NCBI GenBank assembly: GCA_951406725.2
Contig: OX597835.1
Location: 50,592,001 to 50,656,000, forward strand
Length of the DNA stretch: 64,000 nucleotides
Reading direction: 5' to 3'
DNA from: Octopus vulgaris
Lineage: Eukaryota
Positions 22,709 to 53,378 of this stretch are shown here, one piece after another. Each line of letters starts with the position of its first letter. Position 1 is the stretch's first letter. The position numbers and the translations under genes are program-made. Below the pieces are notes generated by a model that saw only the letters and a list, made by a program, of their open reading frames with translations, was not told where the DNA came from and made no database searches.

Positions 22709-25330
22709 CCATCAGATGTTGCTACACATCGCTGGTCACAATGCGTTCGCATTGTTTTAGCCATCGAATGACGCCACCCCGTTGGCTAAGCGAGCAGGCC
22801 AGTATATATATATATATATATCTTTATATATAAAAGTGAAGTTGTGTGTCTGTCTTCTACGATTTAGATTCCTAACTACTCCCACATTTTGCGGTGCAGT
22901 TTAACCAAAATTGGGTATCTTATAGTCGTGATTCATTAGAGCCCTTCTGGGTATTAGCGCGCGTCTACGATTAAAAAAAAATTTACTATCATTTTTTTCC
23001 ATTGTAATGCATTTTTTCGTTATTATATAAGGGAAGTAACTCTCTAAAAATGCTTATATAGTTATTTCCCTTACAAACCCGAGCAACGCCGGGCGATACT
23101 GCTAGTATATATATATATATGAATATATATGTATAGATATATATATGCATATATATATGTGTGTCTGTCTGTCTGTATGTATATATATATAGGTGTGTAT
23201 ATATGTGTATATATAAATATTTATACATATATATATGAGTGTGCATATACGTGTGTGTATGTACATCTGTGTGTGTATACATGTGTTTACATATGTGTGC
23301 ATGTATACGTTTTTATACAGGTGTATGTGTGTGTACATGTGTGTATACATGAGTGCATATATACGTTTGTGTACATATGTGTATGCATATACATGTTTTT
23401 CTATATACGTGTCTGTATATATGTGCGTGTATATACATGTGCATGTATATACGTGTCTATACATACATCTGTGTGTACATATGTGTGTGTGCATATACGT
23501 GTGTGTGTGTACACATGTGTATATACATGTGTGTATATACATGTATGTGTATACATTTGTGTATATTCATGTGTACGTGTGCATGTATATATGAGTGTAT
23601 AGAGGTGTGCATATTTACATGTCTGTACATGCGTGTGTATACACGTATGTGTATATACATGTGTGCATATACATATGTGTGTATATACGTGTCTGTACAT
23701 TGTGTATAAATACTTGTACATACATTAGTGTATGTAGATACATGTGATTATATATAGGTGTATATACACGTGTGTGCATATACATGTGTGTGTATACTTG
23801 TGTGTATATACATGTCTGTGTACATACGTGTGTATATATACGTGTGTGTATACATGTATGTGTACATACGTGTGTGTATACATGTATGTGTACATACGTG
23901 TGTGTGTATGTGTCTACATAATTGTGTGTGTATGCATGTCTGTACATACGTGTACGTGTATACATGTGTGTATACAGATGTTTATATATACATGTGTGTG
24001 TACATACGTGTTTGTGTATATACGTGTATATGCACGTGTGTGTGTATATATGTTTGTGTATATTTGTGTGCATATACGTGTGTGTGTATATATGCGTGTA
24101 TATATATGTGTTTGTATATGCATGTGTGTATATATGTGTTTGTACATGTGTGTATATATGTGTCTATATATGTGTGTGTGTATTTGTTAGTACATAGGTG
24201 TTTGTACATGTGTTATGTATATACGTGTTTGTATATATACATATGCATGTATACACATGTGTATCTACATACTTGCCTGCATATATACGTATGTGTGAAT
24301 ACATGTCTATATAAATATGAGTGTGCAAACGTGTGTATATACATGTCTGTATATACATGTGTGTGATTATGCATGTGTATATACGTGTGTGTATATATGT
24401 GTATTGACATACGTGTGTGTATAGATGTGTGTATACATACGTATGTGTACATTTGTATGTATACATGAGTATATATATACATGTATATGTATGTACATGT
24501 GCCTTTACATATGTGTGTATATACGCATGTGAGTATATACGTGTTTGTGTATATACATGTGTGCAAATAGATGAGTGTGTATACACGTGTGTGTGTATAC
24601 ATCTGTATATTTACATGAGTGTACATATGTGTGTTTGTATACATGTATGTGTAAATACGTGTATGTATATATGTGTACATATATACATGTTTGTATTCAC
24701 AGATGTGTATATACATGTGTGTATACGCATGTGTGTATATTCGTGTTTGTGTATATATGTTCATGTATGTACAAACATGTGAGTGTATATATGTTCATAT
24801 ACATGTGTGTGTACATAAGCTTTTGTGTATACATGTATGTGTATACCTCTGTATTTACACGTGAGTACATACATTTGTGATTATACCTGTGTGTGTACAT
24901 ACATTTCTCTATACATGTGTGGATGTAAGTGTGTGTACATACGTATGTGTGTATACATGTGCATATACATCTGTGTGCACAGGTCTGTTTACATACATGT
25001 GTTATACATATGTGTCTATACATGTGCATATGCATGTGTATACAATTGTATATATATATGTACATGTGTGTGCATACATGTGTATATACGTGTTTATACA
25101 CATGTGTGTATATATGTATGTGTATATATATGTCTATATACATGTGTGTAAATACGTGTGTGTATATATATGTGTCTATATACATGTGTATATACATGTG
25201 TATATACGTGTGTATATACATGTTTGTATATAGGTGTGTGTCCACATAGTGTGTGTGTGTATATACTTGTGCATGTATACATGTGTGTGTATATATATAT
25301 ATATCAATATATATATATATATATATATCT
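21645..25330. repeat. Cryptic alternating purine-pyrimidine satellite (TA/TG/CA/CG mix), interrupted at 22705-23105
   Basis: About 3.3 kb of (RY)n with no fixed unit. All ORFs called here are artefacts. Confidence 0.9.
22821..23105 (+). mobile_element. Short non-autonomous Helitron
   Basis: A|TC 5' end (tctttatatataaaag), subterminal hairpin cccgagcaacgccggg, CTAG|T 3' end, no TSD; inserted in (TA)n. Confidence 0.85.
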
Positions 25331-25334
25331 GTAT

Positions 25335-25587
25335 GTGCGCCATCCGAACGTGGCCGATGCCAGCGCTGCCTTGACTGGCTTCTGTGCTGTTGGCAAGTAC
25401 AAAGCACTAACAAATAATGTCCTGCGCCAGTGGCACATAAAATCACCCACTACACTCACGGAGTGGTTGGCGTTAGGAAGGGCATCCAGCTGTAGAAACA
25501 CTGCCAGATCAGACTGGAGCCTGGTGCAGACCCCAGTCGAAGAGTCCAACCCATGCTAGCATGGAATTTGGACTTTAAACGATGATG

Positions 25588-25590
<3 letters not shown>
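25335..25590 (+). mobile_element. RTE 3'-end copy
   Basis: Same sequence block and (gat)n tail as 6075-6351. Confidence 0.8.
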
Positions 25591-27180
<1,590 letters not shown>

Positions 27181-27198
27181 TCCTTAAATCCTTAAAAA

Positions 27199-27298
27199 NN
27201 NNNNNNNNNNNNNNNNNNNNNNNNNNNNNNNNNNNNNNNNNNNNNNNNNNNNNNNNNNNNNNNNNNNNNNNNNNNNNNNNNNNNNNNNNNNNNNNNNN
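27199..27298. other. Assembly gap (100 N)
   Basis: Exactly 100 Ns, a scaffold join of unknown size. Confidence 0.99.
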
Positions 27299-27896
27299 GG
27301 CCAAAAACCCACTTTGACAAGTCCACTCCCATTCTTTTACGTATCTGTCTTCCTCACTCACTCACGCTATTTCCTCCCTTCCCCTCTAACTCCCCTTCAC
27401 TTTCTCTTTATAACTTCGTCAAACGGCGTTCTATCTCGCTGTCTGCATTCATAGAGAGAATTATCATCGCCACAACCAACACACAATCATGAGAACAAAT
27501 ATTATGAATCAGATATTTATTGCGTTCATTTATATATGTGTGTGTGTGTTCATATATAAATATGTATATATAATGTATATATACAAAGTGTATATATCTG
27601 TATTTATGTATATTAAACTTTTTAATACTTTTTGATAGTTATATATATTTTTAAACAAATAAATATAATTTAATAATTTCTATTTTAAATCTTAAATAAT
27701 TTAAATTTTTCAATTTTATATTTCATATATTTTCTATATTATATTTTTATTTTTATGTTTTTGTTTTTGGGTTTTTCACTGTTTGATTTGCCTATTAGTG
27801 GTTTTATCTCTAATTTAATTTATACATATATATATATAATTTGTATACATTTGTATATATATAATGCGTGCACGTGCACACACACACACATATATA

Positions 27897-27956
<60 letters not shown>

Positions 27957-28811
27957 CCACAACTCCACTTTGTTATATATATATATATATATATATATAT
28001 AATGTGTGCATTATGTGGTCGGTCGGTTGAGCTGAAAATATGCACACCTATGTTAAAAGTGCTGGCAAGTTTGCATTACAAATATTTTTTTCCTCAAATG
28101 AAAGGCGTGACCTCTAGGACAAAATTCCTCATCTTATAAAATGTGGCCCCAGTACACCCGAATGAATTATATTAACCAAAATGTGAAAAGGGGTCTTAAA
28201 TGGGGCTGGAATGGGATTAAAATTTAAAGGAGCGGGTGTTTAGGAATTCTCTGTTACATCAAGCTAAAAAATTTACGCCAGCCTTTTAATCGTCAATGTA
28301 TTTGCCGTCCATGATGAAGAAGTTTTGAATGCTTGCCATGGTGAGTCTACTGTCGTGAGAAAGAATCACTTCAAAACTTGGTGTTTACCAATTTTCTTTT
28401 ACATCAAGTTCAAAATTTTACGCCAGCCGTTAAACTGTCAATACGTTGCTGTCCGTCGTTAAGAAATGCCAGCCATGGTGACTCTACTATCCTCAGATTC
28501 TATCCCTTCAAACTTTGGTTTCCAATATTTTATTATTTTTATTCAGCTCGCAAGTTCGTCTGTCCCTTTTAAATGTTAGTGTTTTGCTGTCTGCCTTGAA
28601 GCAGACCTTTCCGTTGCCACTGCCTGATATTTATGATTGATCTTTCTAAATATTTTATTTCTCAACTTACTCAAGATCTTTTGTTGTTTATAAATGGGAG
28701 AGAGATAGATAAAGATAGAGAGTAAGAGAAAGCGAGGGAGAGTCCGAGAGAAAAGAAAAGTAAGAGAGTGGGAAAGTGAGAGAGAAAGGAGAGAGAAACA
28801 AAGAGGGAGAA

Positions 28812-29120
28812 TCATCATCATCATCATCGTTTAACGTCCGTTTTCCGTGCTAGCACGGGTTGGACAGTTTGACCGGGGTCTGGGAAGCCAGGAGGCTGCA
28901 CCAGGCTCCAGTCTGATCTGGCAGTGTTTCTACAGGTGGATGACCTTCCTAACGCCAACCACTCTGTGAGTGTAGTGGGTGCTTTTTTTCGTGCCGCCGG
29001 CACAGGTGCCAGGGGGGCTCGCAGCGGCAACGATCGGTGGGTGCTTTTTACGTGCCACTGGCACAGAAGCCAGTCAAGGCGGCGCTGCAATCGGCCACGT
29101 TCGGATGGTGCTTTTTACGT
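28812..29120 (-). mobile_element. RTE 3'-end copy
   Basis: (atc)n gtttaacgtccgttttccgtgctagcacggg...ccttcctaacgccaaccactc. Confidence 0.8.
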
Positions 29121-29124
29121 GCTG

Positions 29125-29189
29125 AAAGGAAGCAACAGAAAGTAACAACCACACTCTTACCCGCGTGTAGAGCGGGTCACCTTCAGCTA

Positions 29190-29190
<1 letters not shown>
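29125..29190 (+). mobile_element. Helitron 3' terminus (body probably extends left to about 28000)
   Basis: Hairpin acccgc-gtgtaga-gcgggt followed by cttcagCTAG|T. Confidence 0.6.
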
Positions 29191-29220
<30 letters not shown>

Positions 29221-29224
<4 letters not shown>

Positions 29225-30070
29225 GTGGACAAAATAATGGAAACACCTTAAAATTTCAAACAAATTTATTTTAATATGGGTAGGACTGCCTTGGCAGTAA
29301 TTACTGTTTGAATTCTATGAGGTATGACTCATACAAAGTTTGAATAGGCTCCAAAGGAATTTTTGTACATTCTTCAGCTAAACAGTCTCCAGTTCTGTAG
29401 TGATGATGGAGGATATCGACTTGTTACTTGTTTCTCTAAATGCACCACAAATGTTCAATAATATTGAGATATACTGTGGTGGCCAGATAAGATGTTGAAC
29501 TTCACTAGAATGTTCCTTGTGCCATTCAGTAACAACTTTAACTGTGTGAATTGGTGCATTATCATCCTGAAAAGATTGCATTTCCCTCTAAACAGTAAAC
29601 CATAGCATGAATTGGATCATAAAAGAAATAGTCAATTATCAATCTTGCCATGAAGGGAAATCATTGGATCAATAGATTTAAGAATAGCCCTCCAGATCAT
29701 CACAGATCCTTATTCTATAACAGTTATATGTATCTGGGTAAACTTTCTTTTGTCTCTACATATACTCAGCTTTGGTGAAATAAGCTAAAAGATGACTTGT
29801 CTGAGAAAATAACTTTCTATATGCTCTGTGGACCAATTCTGTAGGTTAACAATTTGTTTTTGAAAGTAGTGGTTTTCTTATTAAAGGCTGTCATTACTTA
29901 TGAGACAGTACTTTTGATACACCAAACATTTTCCGCTGTTATATTTACTGCTATATGAGCACCAACAATTTGACCTCTTTGAAAGTCTGATAGATCTGTC
30001 ATTTTAATGAATTTTAATTACCTTTTATTAATGATATCTGAAAAGAAACAGCAATTTTATCAAAACATAT
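29221..30070 (-). mobile_element. Tc1/mariner transposon remnant
   Basis: FQDDNAPIHTVKVVTEW....HLIWPPQ (DD34E region) and KVIFSD upstream; terminus cagtggacaaaataatggaaacacc next to TA. Confidence 0.85.
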
Positions 30071-30077
30071 TAAGCAA

Positions 30078-30720
30078 CATCATCATATCGTTTAACATCC
30101 GTTTTCCATGCTAGCATGGGTTGGACAGAAGGATTGTGCTAAACCAGATGGCTGCACCAGGCCCCAATCTTGATCTGGCAGAGTTTCTACAGCTAGATGC
30201 CCTTTAACACCACTCCGAGAGTGCATTGCTTTTTACGTGCCACCGGCACTGGGGGCCTGTCAGGAGACGTTAAATCGCTCAAATGGTGCTTTCGTTCCAC
30301 GAACGGGCCAGCAGGCGGTAAGCAATGACCTCTCGAATCTTTTTACGACACTGGCAAAGGTGCCAGAAGGCGATGTGGTAACAATCACGTTGAATGGTTA
30401 CATAGGCACGAAGCCAGTTCTCATAAGATATGCTCAGATGGTGCTCTTTGGCACTATCAGAGGCACAAGTGCCAGTAAGGACGCTTGAATGATCACACTC
30501 GAATGGTGCTCTTTTATGTGACTGGCACGGAAGCCGGTTAGCCACTCTGTCAAACGATATCCTATGGTGCTCTTTGCATAGCATATGCCATCTGAATTTG
30601 ATTTTGATTACGCTCAACAGGTCTTCGAGCAGATTTAGTGACCAAAGAAGGAAAAGGTACGCATTTTGGCTTTACGCTCCTGGCATAGGCCACGTTATTC
30701 TCATTTGGTTGCCGGGTCTT
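30078..30720 (-). mobile_element. Longer RTE 3'-UTR copy with multiple internal subrepeats
   Basis: Tail as above, plus repeated ggtgct(t/c)ttt..gtg..a.tggcac units. Confidence 0.7.
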
Positions 30721-31970
30721 CATATAAATCACCATATAAACCACAGTTTGAATTTCAAAATAGAAGGGTGTGTTGCATAATTTTTCTGACTCCTGTTAAT
30801 ATATCTTCATTTTAACAGCCAAGAGAATGAACCTTCGCCCATATTTTAGTCAAGGATAACCCATCTAAAAGATGAAATCGAGTATGCATTTCTAGTATTT
30901 GACACAGTATGTTTACCAGTCAAAAGTTAAACAATAAAGATGTCAACAATAATCACTATCATCGAATGCACGTCACCAATTCTTCCACTTACTACTAAGT
31001 TGGTCAAGCATGATTCTCTTCGGCAAATAAGTTTTCAGAGATTTAGAGGCTGAATGTTATTACTCGTATCATATTAGCCTGTTTCGAACATCTTGCTGAT
31101 TTTAGTATACAACATTAAACCTCTTATTCTGTATTCTTGAAAAGTTTGAATTTCTTGAAATTTTGCTATTGGGTCAATTTCATGTTAACATAAGTTGTTC
31201 ACAATTTGGAGTATTCATATGCAATTTCTAAACACACTGAACACATATTCATGAAGCCAAAAATTTTCTTATGGGCACTCTGGCTCATTAGAAGTTAACA
31301 ATTATGAGGGAACCAAGGAAAGCAAGGCTTAAGAATTACTAGTACGTCACTCAGTTTTGAAGAGTTCGTTGTCTGGCAGGGGAAATATTACCTCACTAAA
31401 CTGGGTGAACTGGGAAGGTGAACATCCAACCATAGAAAATCTGCTCAATGGAATTTTTACATCCCATGCCAGATAAAAATGGATGCATAATGATGATGAT
31501 GAGTTATTAAAAATGGTTATGAGAGGTGTGAGCTAGGAAGGGGTGGTACACTGGAATACAGTCTACAACCAGTCAGTGTTTCACTTAAAACCACCATCTC
31601 TTTAGATTTGGATTGATATTGAACCATTCCCTTCTGGATTCTAAGAGAGTAGGCCTGGAATAGTGTGAAGGTGAATAGTTGTGACAGAATGAGAGATAAG
31701 TTGTAGTAATAAAGTCTGTAGATTGTTGATAGCTAAGCATCTGTAAGTTGACAGCAGTGTCCAAATATGGTTCAAGTGAATTCATGCGAGTGTAAACATC
31801 AGTTTATGGTGTTTTAATGGGAAAGGTCATTTTCAATCAAAGTCTAGTCATCTAAAGGCTGTAACCGTATTACATGAGCAGGTATTGAATTAGATAAATT
31901 TTATTTATCTGTGTCACACATGTGGAGCATATAGAGATCATTCTTTTAAGAATTATCCTAAAATCTATAA

Positions 31971-33371
31971 CTAGCAGTATCGCTCAGGGTTAGCATCAAA
32001 ATAACTAAAAGGCAGAGAGTTATAGCAAAAAAGCAGAAAAATAAATAAATAGTTATTGCTATATATAACCAAGATATTTATACAATTCGTTGACTGAATC
32101 GTAATTTTTAACAGAGTACTTCCCTTATTTAATAGCGCATTGCATTCATGTGAAAAATTTTTTTGGTAAATCGTGACTCATCATAGACATGCGCTCAAAG
32201 AAGGCCAGCTAAGTGTTTTATTATGTTGAGCAAATAGATGGGAGTAGCTAGGAATCTAAATGGAGAAACACTTGCAAACCACTTGTCTGTGTAACAGCCA
32301 TGAAACAAAATAGTTTTCTGAACATTGTCATGAAAAGCCTGCCCTTTTGTGGCGTTTTTGAGGCATCTGTTTTTTTAGTTTCTGTTTTGGCGACTACCCC
32401 AGCATGAAGTCTCCATTGATAGTGTTCTCTTGAAATTTTATTGACTACTACCAATGCTTTTCGCATCACAAAAACTGACTATCACACTTTCCTGAAAAAC
32501 AAGGTATGGAGCAGGTGAGAAACCTTCCACACAACAAAATTTGTCTTTGGAGATAAACCAACCACTCACCACCACCAAACCATGGCAAACCACTACCACC
32601 ATGACCACCACCACCATCAGCCCATGACCATCACTACATCGCCACCACCATAAAAGCACCAACCACCCACCAATCATCACCACCATCAACGACACCCATC
32701 CCAACAACAACAACAACACAACACCACAATGGCAGTTGACGACCACCACGACCAAGACCCCTTCACCACTACCAGCATCCACCCCACTCACCGCTTCCAC
32801 TGAAGCAGCTTTAATGTATAACTACCAATGCTCTCTTTTTGGCTACTAAATCCATTCTGTAGTTTTTAATACATCATACAAATTTTGCGAATTGAGAGTT
32901 ATGATGTTTTTTACAGTTTATTGAACAGTCAGCTAACATTGTTCTGAAAAACCATGAAAGTCTATGCAAAGTATCTGCTCAAAATTTCATGTGTCTGCCT
33001 CCTATGTATATTTTCAGCTACTCATATATTGGAAAAAATGAAGGCATATTGGACATGTACCAGTATCAAAATTTAATGGAAAGCTGGAGCACCTTTCAGC
33101 TTAGAGACTTCATGAAATTAACCCTAGCACAGTTATATACAGAAAACAGGAAAGTAAAGCATCTTCTCTTCCACAAATTTACATATGCTTTAATGGAATT
33201 ACAAAATTATGGTAAATTTTTTAAATCCTATCTCATCCTTGCGCGCTCAATACCCAGAAGGGTTGAATTTCTCCACTCATAAGTCTTTTGCAAAGCTTGA
33301 CCGCAAAATTTTTAGTTAAAGTTAAATCATGGAGCAGTTTACACTCACACAGCTCACTTTTATAATATAGA
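31971..33371 (-). mobile_element. Non-autonomous Helitron of the same family as 22821-23105, longer, with an ACC-rich insert
   Basis: Minus strand starts A|TCtatattataaaagtgag, shares attttgcggt and cccttctgggtatt(g)agcgcgc with the 22821 element, and ends gcgatactgCTAG|T. Confidence 0.75.
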
Positions 33372-35251
33372 TTTATTTCTGGCATGCAAAAATGAAGTTA
33401 TTTTTAGAATGTCAGGTGGCACAAATCCTTATGAGTTGTATATATTATCCACATTAGAATGCTATCTTATAAGAAAGATCCTGTTACATTATGTAATGTT
33501 TTTATCTTATACATTATAGTTATATCAGAAAACAATTGAATTTATATATATATAAATATATTTTATGTTTAAATAAAAAACTCACAAAATTTTGTTGATA
33601 AAATTATGATGAATTTTGAACTGGTACAACTGGATATGGCCTATTTATTTGCTCATATTGTGCGAGTATAATTTCTATTCAAAATGTTGGTCCAGTCTGA
33701 AGTTTCTAATAGAAAGTCACTTTTTTTTATTTACACCCTAGGCTTTCCACTGACATAGCATAATGGACAGACAGATGGCTTAAGTCTGTTTATATCAACC
33801 CAGTGCGTAACTGGTACTGAATTTACGGCTTGAAAGGATGACAACAGAGTTTTTATAAATTCAACCCATGCAGTACACGTAATGGCAGACGAAATACCGC
33901 TAAGCATTTTGCTTAGAAGATTTCCAGCTGTAAACAGACAACTGGTGTGCAATGGCACACCAGGGCAATAGTTTCTGGCAAAACTTTGGCAATGACCTCT
34001 TTAGAAGAAAAACTGAAATGCAAAAGGAGAGGGAATTATGTAATTATTTACATATTTCCAGAAAATTCAATAATCTGCAAACTAATGAGGCAAATTACCG
34101 TCAGATTAAATAATTTTTGGGTTAAAAAGATGGGGTCATGGTCACCCATCAATTCAAGGATCAGTCTAATTGGTGTTTTTTCTAAGATTATTTTACTTGG
34201 CACTTGATTGCTGTAGCAAAACAGGTTAATGTTTACTTTAGAAAAAGTAAGCACTTTATTTGTTAGATATATTTATTGTAACCACATCTCTCTCAAGTTA
34301 ACAAAACTCATGTTATTAAAAAAATTACAAAGCAGTATATACAAAGGTGGGTGAGTCCTTTCTTCTTCATCTGTTATGTTGAAGGTTACCAACATTTTAG
34401 TAATTCCAAAAAATTCCTACATACTTTGAGTACATACAACCATACACGTGCGCATATACACACACCTACGTGCTTTGCAGTGGTGCACACACAACACACC
34501 ATTTTGTACCACTCATCTAGCAATGTATGCATCTTTATATATCAAATATTTATCAATGTATCAATTGAAAAATGTTACACTCAGGACAGACCATAATGCC
34601 AAAAAAGGGTCATTTTACATTTGAATCATGATGGAATTTTGTGGGGACAAAAGAGATCGTGAATTACAATGTCACAAGATTTTAAACCAGGATCCTGGCA
34701 TAAAAGAGTAAACTTTAATTCAACAAGGAATTATTATAACTGGACTGGTGGTCAATGCTAAAACTATATAGATGAGTTTACACTGAAAAACCATGATATG
34801 CAAAAAATGGTTTTGTATAATTGACTACATAAAGTACAAAACCAAGGATCAGGCCTTAGCCCCTCGTTTTCTTTATTCACAGTCCACTAGGCAATAACAG
34901 GAATTCAAGATATTTTTATTTGTCCTGAGATTTATATATCTTCTGATGAATTAGGTGCATAAAGAACTAGAGGAGAAGTTTAAAACTGAGTATACATATC
35001 AAGGTCATTTTTTAACAACCAGTCAATGAGATAAACAAATTTCTATAGATGGATGGCAGCGAATGTACAACATATAGTGCCGTATTTTATAACAGTTGTA
35101 TACTTTTTAAGGTTTATGTATCACATGTATAATATGGACACATGCGCAGTTTCAATATCAATAAAGAATGTAAAGATAAGATGTATTTTATGTGGAAATG
35201 CTTAAGAGCACTAAAAACTGAAATGCAGAAAACAGCTTCCGTCACATCACA

Positions 35252-36183
35252 AGTAGCTGATAGCTTCCATTACCTAGGTGTAAGTCGTATGCTGTTCTGA
35301 CAGTATGGAATAAGAATACCTGGGCTATGTTCAGAGAGTACCTCTGCTGGTGACAAAGGGCTTCTCCTCAGAGTAAAAGGTAGACTGTATGACGCATGTC
35401 AACAGCCATGCTACATGGCAGTGAAACATCCGTGACTGCTGAGGATTCAAGCAATGAAGCTAGTATGCCTGCTGGATTTCTGTCAGTGTGCAAACTGTAA
35501 ACCCTGAGAGAAAAGTTGGACACAGCATAGATGTGGTGTGCAAGAGAACGACTGCACTGGTATGGTCATGTGTTGCAATGGATGAGGACAGCTGTGTGAA
35601 AAAGTGTCACACCCTAGCAGTAGGAACCTGTGGAAGAGGTAGACCCAGGAAGACCTGGGATGAGGTAAGCATGACCTTTGAACATTGGGCCACCGGTGAT
35701 GACAGTGACTCAAGACCTTTGGAGATATGCTGTGCTTGAGGCCTGGCAACCAAGTGAGACCATAACTATGGCCTGCGCCAGTGCAGCATAACCAGCCCAT
35801 TTAAGAGTACCCTTCAATCATTGGACAATAAACTGTGCTTGCAAAGACCCTGTTGATGCAACAGTACTGCCTGATTGGCATGATATATACAGTAATACGT
35901 GGCTGATGCCAGTGCCACCTGACTGTATTTATGATAAAAAGCACCTATACAATGATCATATGCAGTGCGCAATGGCTATGCCAGTGGGCAGCACCATCCA
36001 AGCGTGGATCGTTGCCAGCTGCCTGACTGGCCCCAGTGCCGGTGGTACATAAAAGCACCCACTACACTCTTTGAGTACAATAGGAAGGGCATCCAGCTGT
36101 AGAAATATTATTTGACCAGCATTGGAGCCTGTCATGATCCAGCCATTGCCAGCATGGAAAGCAGATGTTAAACGATGATGATG
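35252..36183 (+). mobile_element. RTE LINE: RT C-terminus, 3' UTR and tail, deletion-riddled
   Basis: DSFHYLG, RVKGRLYDAC, MLHGSET, WYGHV, GTCGRGRPRKTWDEV, followed by the recurrent 3' block. Confidence 0.85.
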
Positions 36184-36619
36184 TATTTTTAAATGATATA
36201 CATACTAATAAACTGACATGAACGTTCTGACCAATTGTGTGTACTGTCATAATATTACAATGTACGATAAAACGATAATATATGTCCTATTTGTTTATCT
36301 ATCATATGAGAGATAAATGTGTATAGCAAGGAATCAGTGAGTACATAGGTCCAATATTATACAACAGAGCCAAATGGCTGCTGATTTTTATCCACCTACA
36401 AAGAATTAGAGAATATTAGAGCAGTCATTCATCTCCTGAGAAATTTCCTCAATCAGTACCAGATTCATTATTTAATAAAAGAAAATGCAGCAAGCTATTC
36501 AAAAGAAGACTAATAAATAAAAAGTGTATAGCTCATCACATATGTCACATTTCCTATCTGTCGCCAAGCAAGTGACATAAATAATGCTTGTTGCTTTATA
36601 TCGGCCATGAAAATTACAT

Positions 36620-51190
<14,571 letters not shown>

Positions 51191-51265
51191 ACAAAATAAC
51201 CACACGCGTATTTATCGTTATGGTAAAATCTGGCGTGTGATTGAGTGGATTTCATCCAGATAGTC

Positions 51266-51341
51266 TTGGCTGACGAGCTACAAATGGATTATTGTAAGTA
51301 ATATTACATTTAATTCATTAATAGCGAAACAATTGTCCCAA
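51266..51341 (+). ncRNA. Type I hammerhead ribozyme with intact core
   Basis: ttgg-CTGACGA-gcta...tagc-GAAA-caatt-GTC-ccaa. Stem II is extended by aatggatta/taattcatt, stem III is the palindrome acaattgt, and there is an outer cagat/atctg pair. Lies in a ~435-bp island (51191-51626) between TA tracts. Confidence 0.88.
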
Positions 51342-51725
51342 AATAATCTGTATTTTTGTTATTTTTTATTTGCCCTGTCCGTGTGAGCTAACAGTCGTAC
51401 TGGCTTTCATGGGAAACATATTTTTTCGTGGTTGAAACCTTTTGGATTAATTCGGTGCTAGAGTGATCAATATATGACCACTCTCTTATATTTATTTTGT
51501 GAAAATATTATAATATGTTATAAAATATTATAATAATCCAGGTTTCTCGTAGCACTAGGCCACTTGGTGTGGAATAAATATACTATTAAATTAGTATCTA
51601 ATTCTCTCACCCTTATTAATTAATTACATATATATATATATACATATATATATACATATACATATATATATACATATACATATATATATACATATACATA
51701 TATATATACATATATATATATATAC

Positions 51726-51756
<31 letters not shown>

Positions 51757-51928
51757 CATATATATACATATATATATATATACATATATATACATATACA
51801 TATATATATATACATATATATACATATATATATATACATATATACATATATATACATATATATATATATACATATATACATATATATACATATATATATA
51901 TACATATATATATACACATATATACATA

Positions 51929-51960
<32 letters not shown>

Positions 51961-52357
51961 CATATATATATATATACACATATATATATATACATATATA
52001 CATATATACATATATATATATATACATATATATATATACATATATATATATATACACATATATACATATATACACATATATACATATATATATATACATA
52101 TATATATATATACATATATACATATATATATATACATATATATATATATACATATATATATACATATATATATACATATATATACATATACATATATATA
52201 TATATATACATATATATACATATACATATATATATATATACATATATATACATATATACATATATATATACATATATATACATATATACATATATATACA
52301 TATATACATATATATACATATATATATATACATATATATACATATACATATATATAC

Positions 52358-52410
<53 letters not shown>

Positions 52411-52425
52411 CATATATATATATAC

Positions 52426-52488
<63 letters not shown>

Positions 52489-52502
52489 CATATATACATA
52501 TA

Positions 52503-52780
52503 TGTCATTTGTGAAGCAGAGATCCAGTGTGTTACCTGCCCTGGTTGGTTGGAGTATTACCTGCTCCATGTACAGGGTGTTGATGAGGTTCAGGAGGGAC
52601 CTCGCCTATCCTCGTTCACATCTTGTCATTCCTGGGAGAGAAAAGGACCTGGGGTGTGAGGTCCTCACGGATGTACATAGCAACACCTCCATGACTCCTT
52701 TCTTTCCTGTCGGTCCGTAGTACAGCATACAGTGGTATGTGTAACTCCGCATCTGCTATGTCCGGTTTCAGGTGCGTTTA
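52503..52780 (-). mobile_element. CR1-group LINE endonuclease fragment
   Basis: [38 protein letters not shown] ... [16 protein letters not shown]. Confidence 0.85.
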
Positions 52781-52783
52781 TAC

Positions 52784-52898
<115 letters not shown>

Positions 52899-52923
52899 CA
52901 TATATATATACATATATATATAC

Positions 52924-52968
<45 letters not shown>

Positions 52969-53013
52969 TATACATATACATATATACATATACATATATA
53001 TATATATATATAC

Positions 53014-53114
<101 letters not shown>

Positions 53115-53142
53115 CCTATATATATATACATATATATATACC

Positions 53143-53224
<82 letters not shown>

Positions 53225-53235
53225 CATATATATAC

Positions 53236-53268
<33 letters not shown>

Positions 53269-53325
53269 CATATATACATATATATATACATATATATATA
53301 TACATATATATATATACATATATAC

Positions 53326-53378
<53 letters not shown>

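Noticed and set aside
32438-32800. 120-aa Val-rich ORF / Thr-His-rich opposite strand
   Set aside because: Degenerate (ACC/AAC)n low-complexity sequence inside a non-autonomous Helitron.
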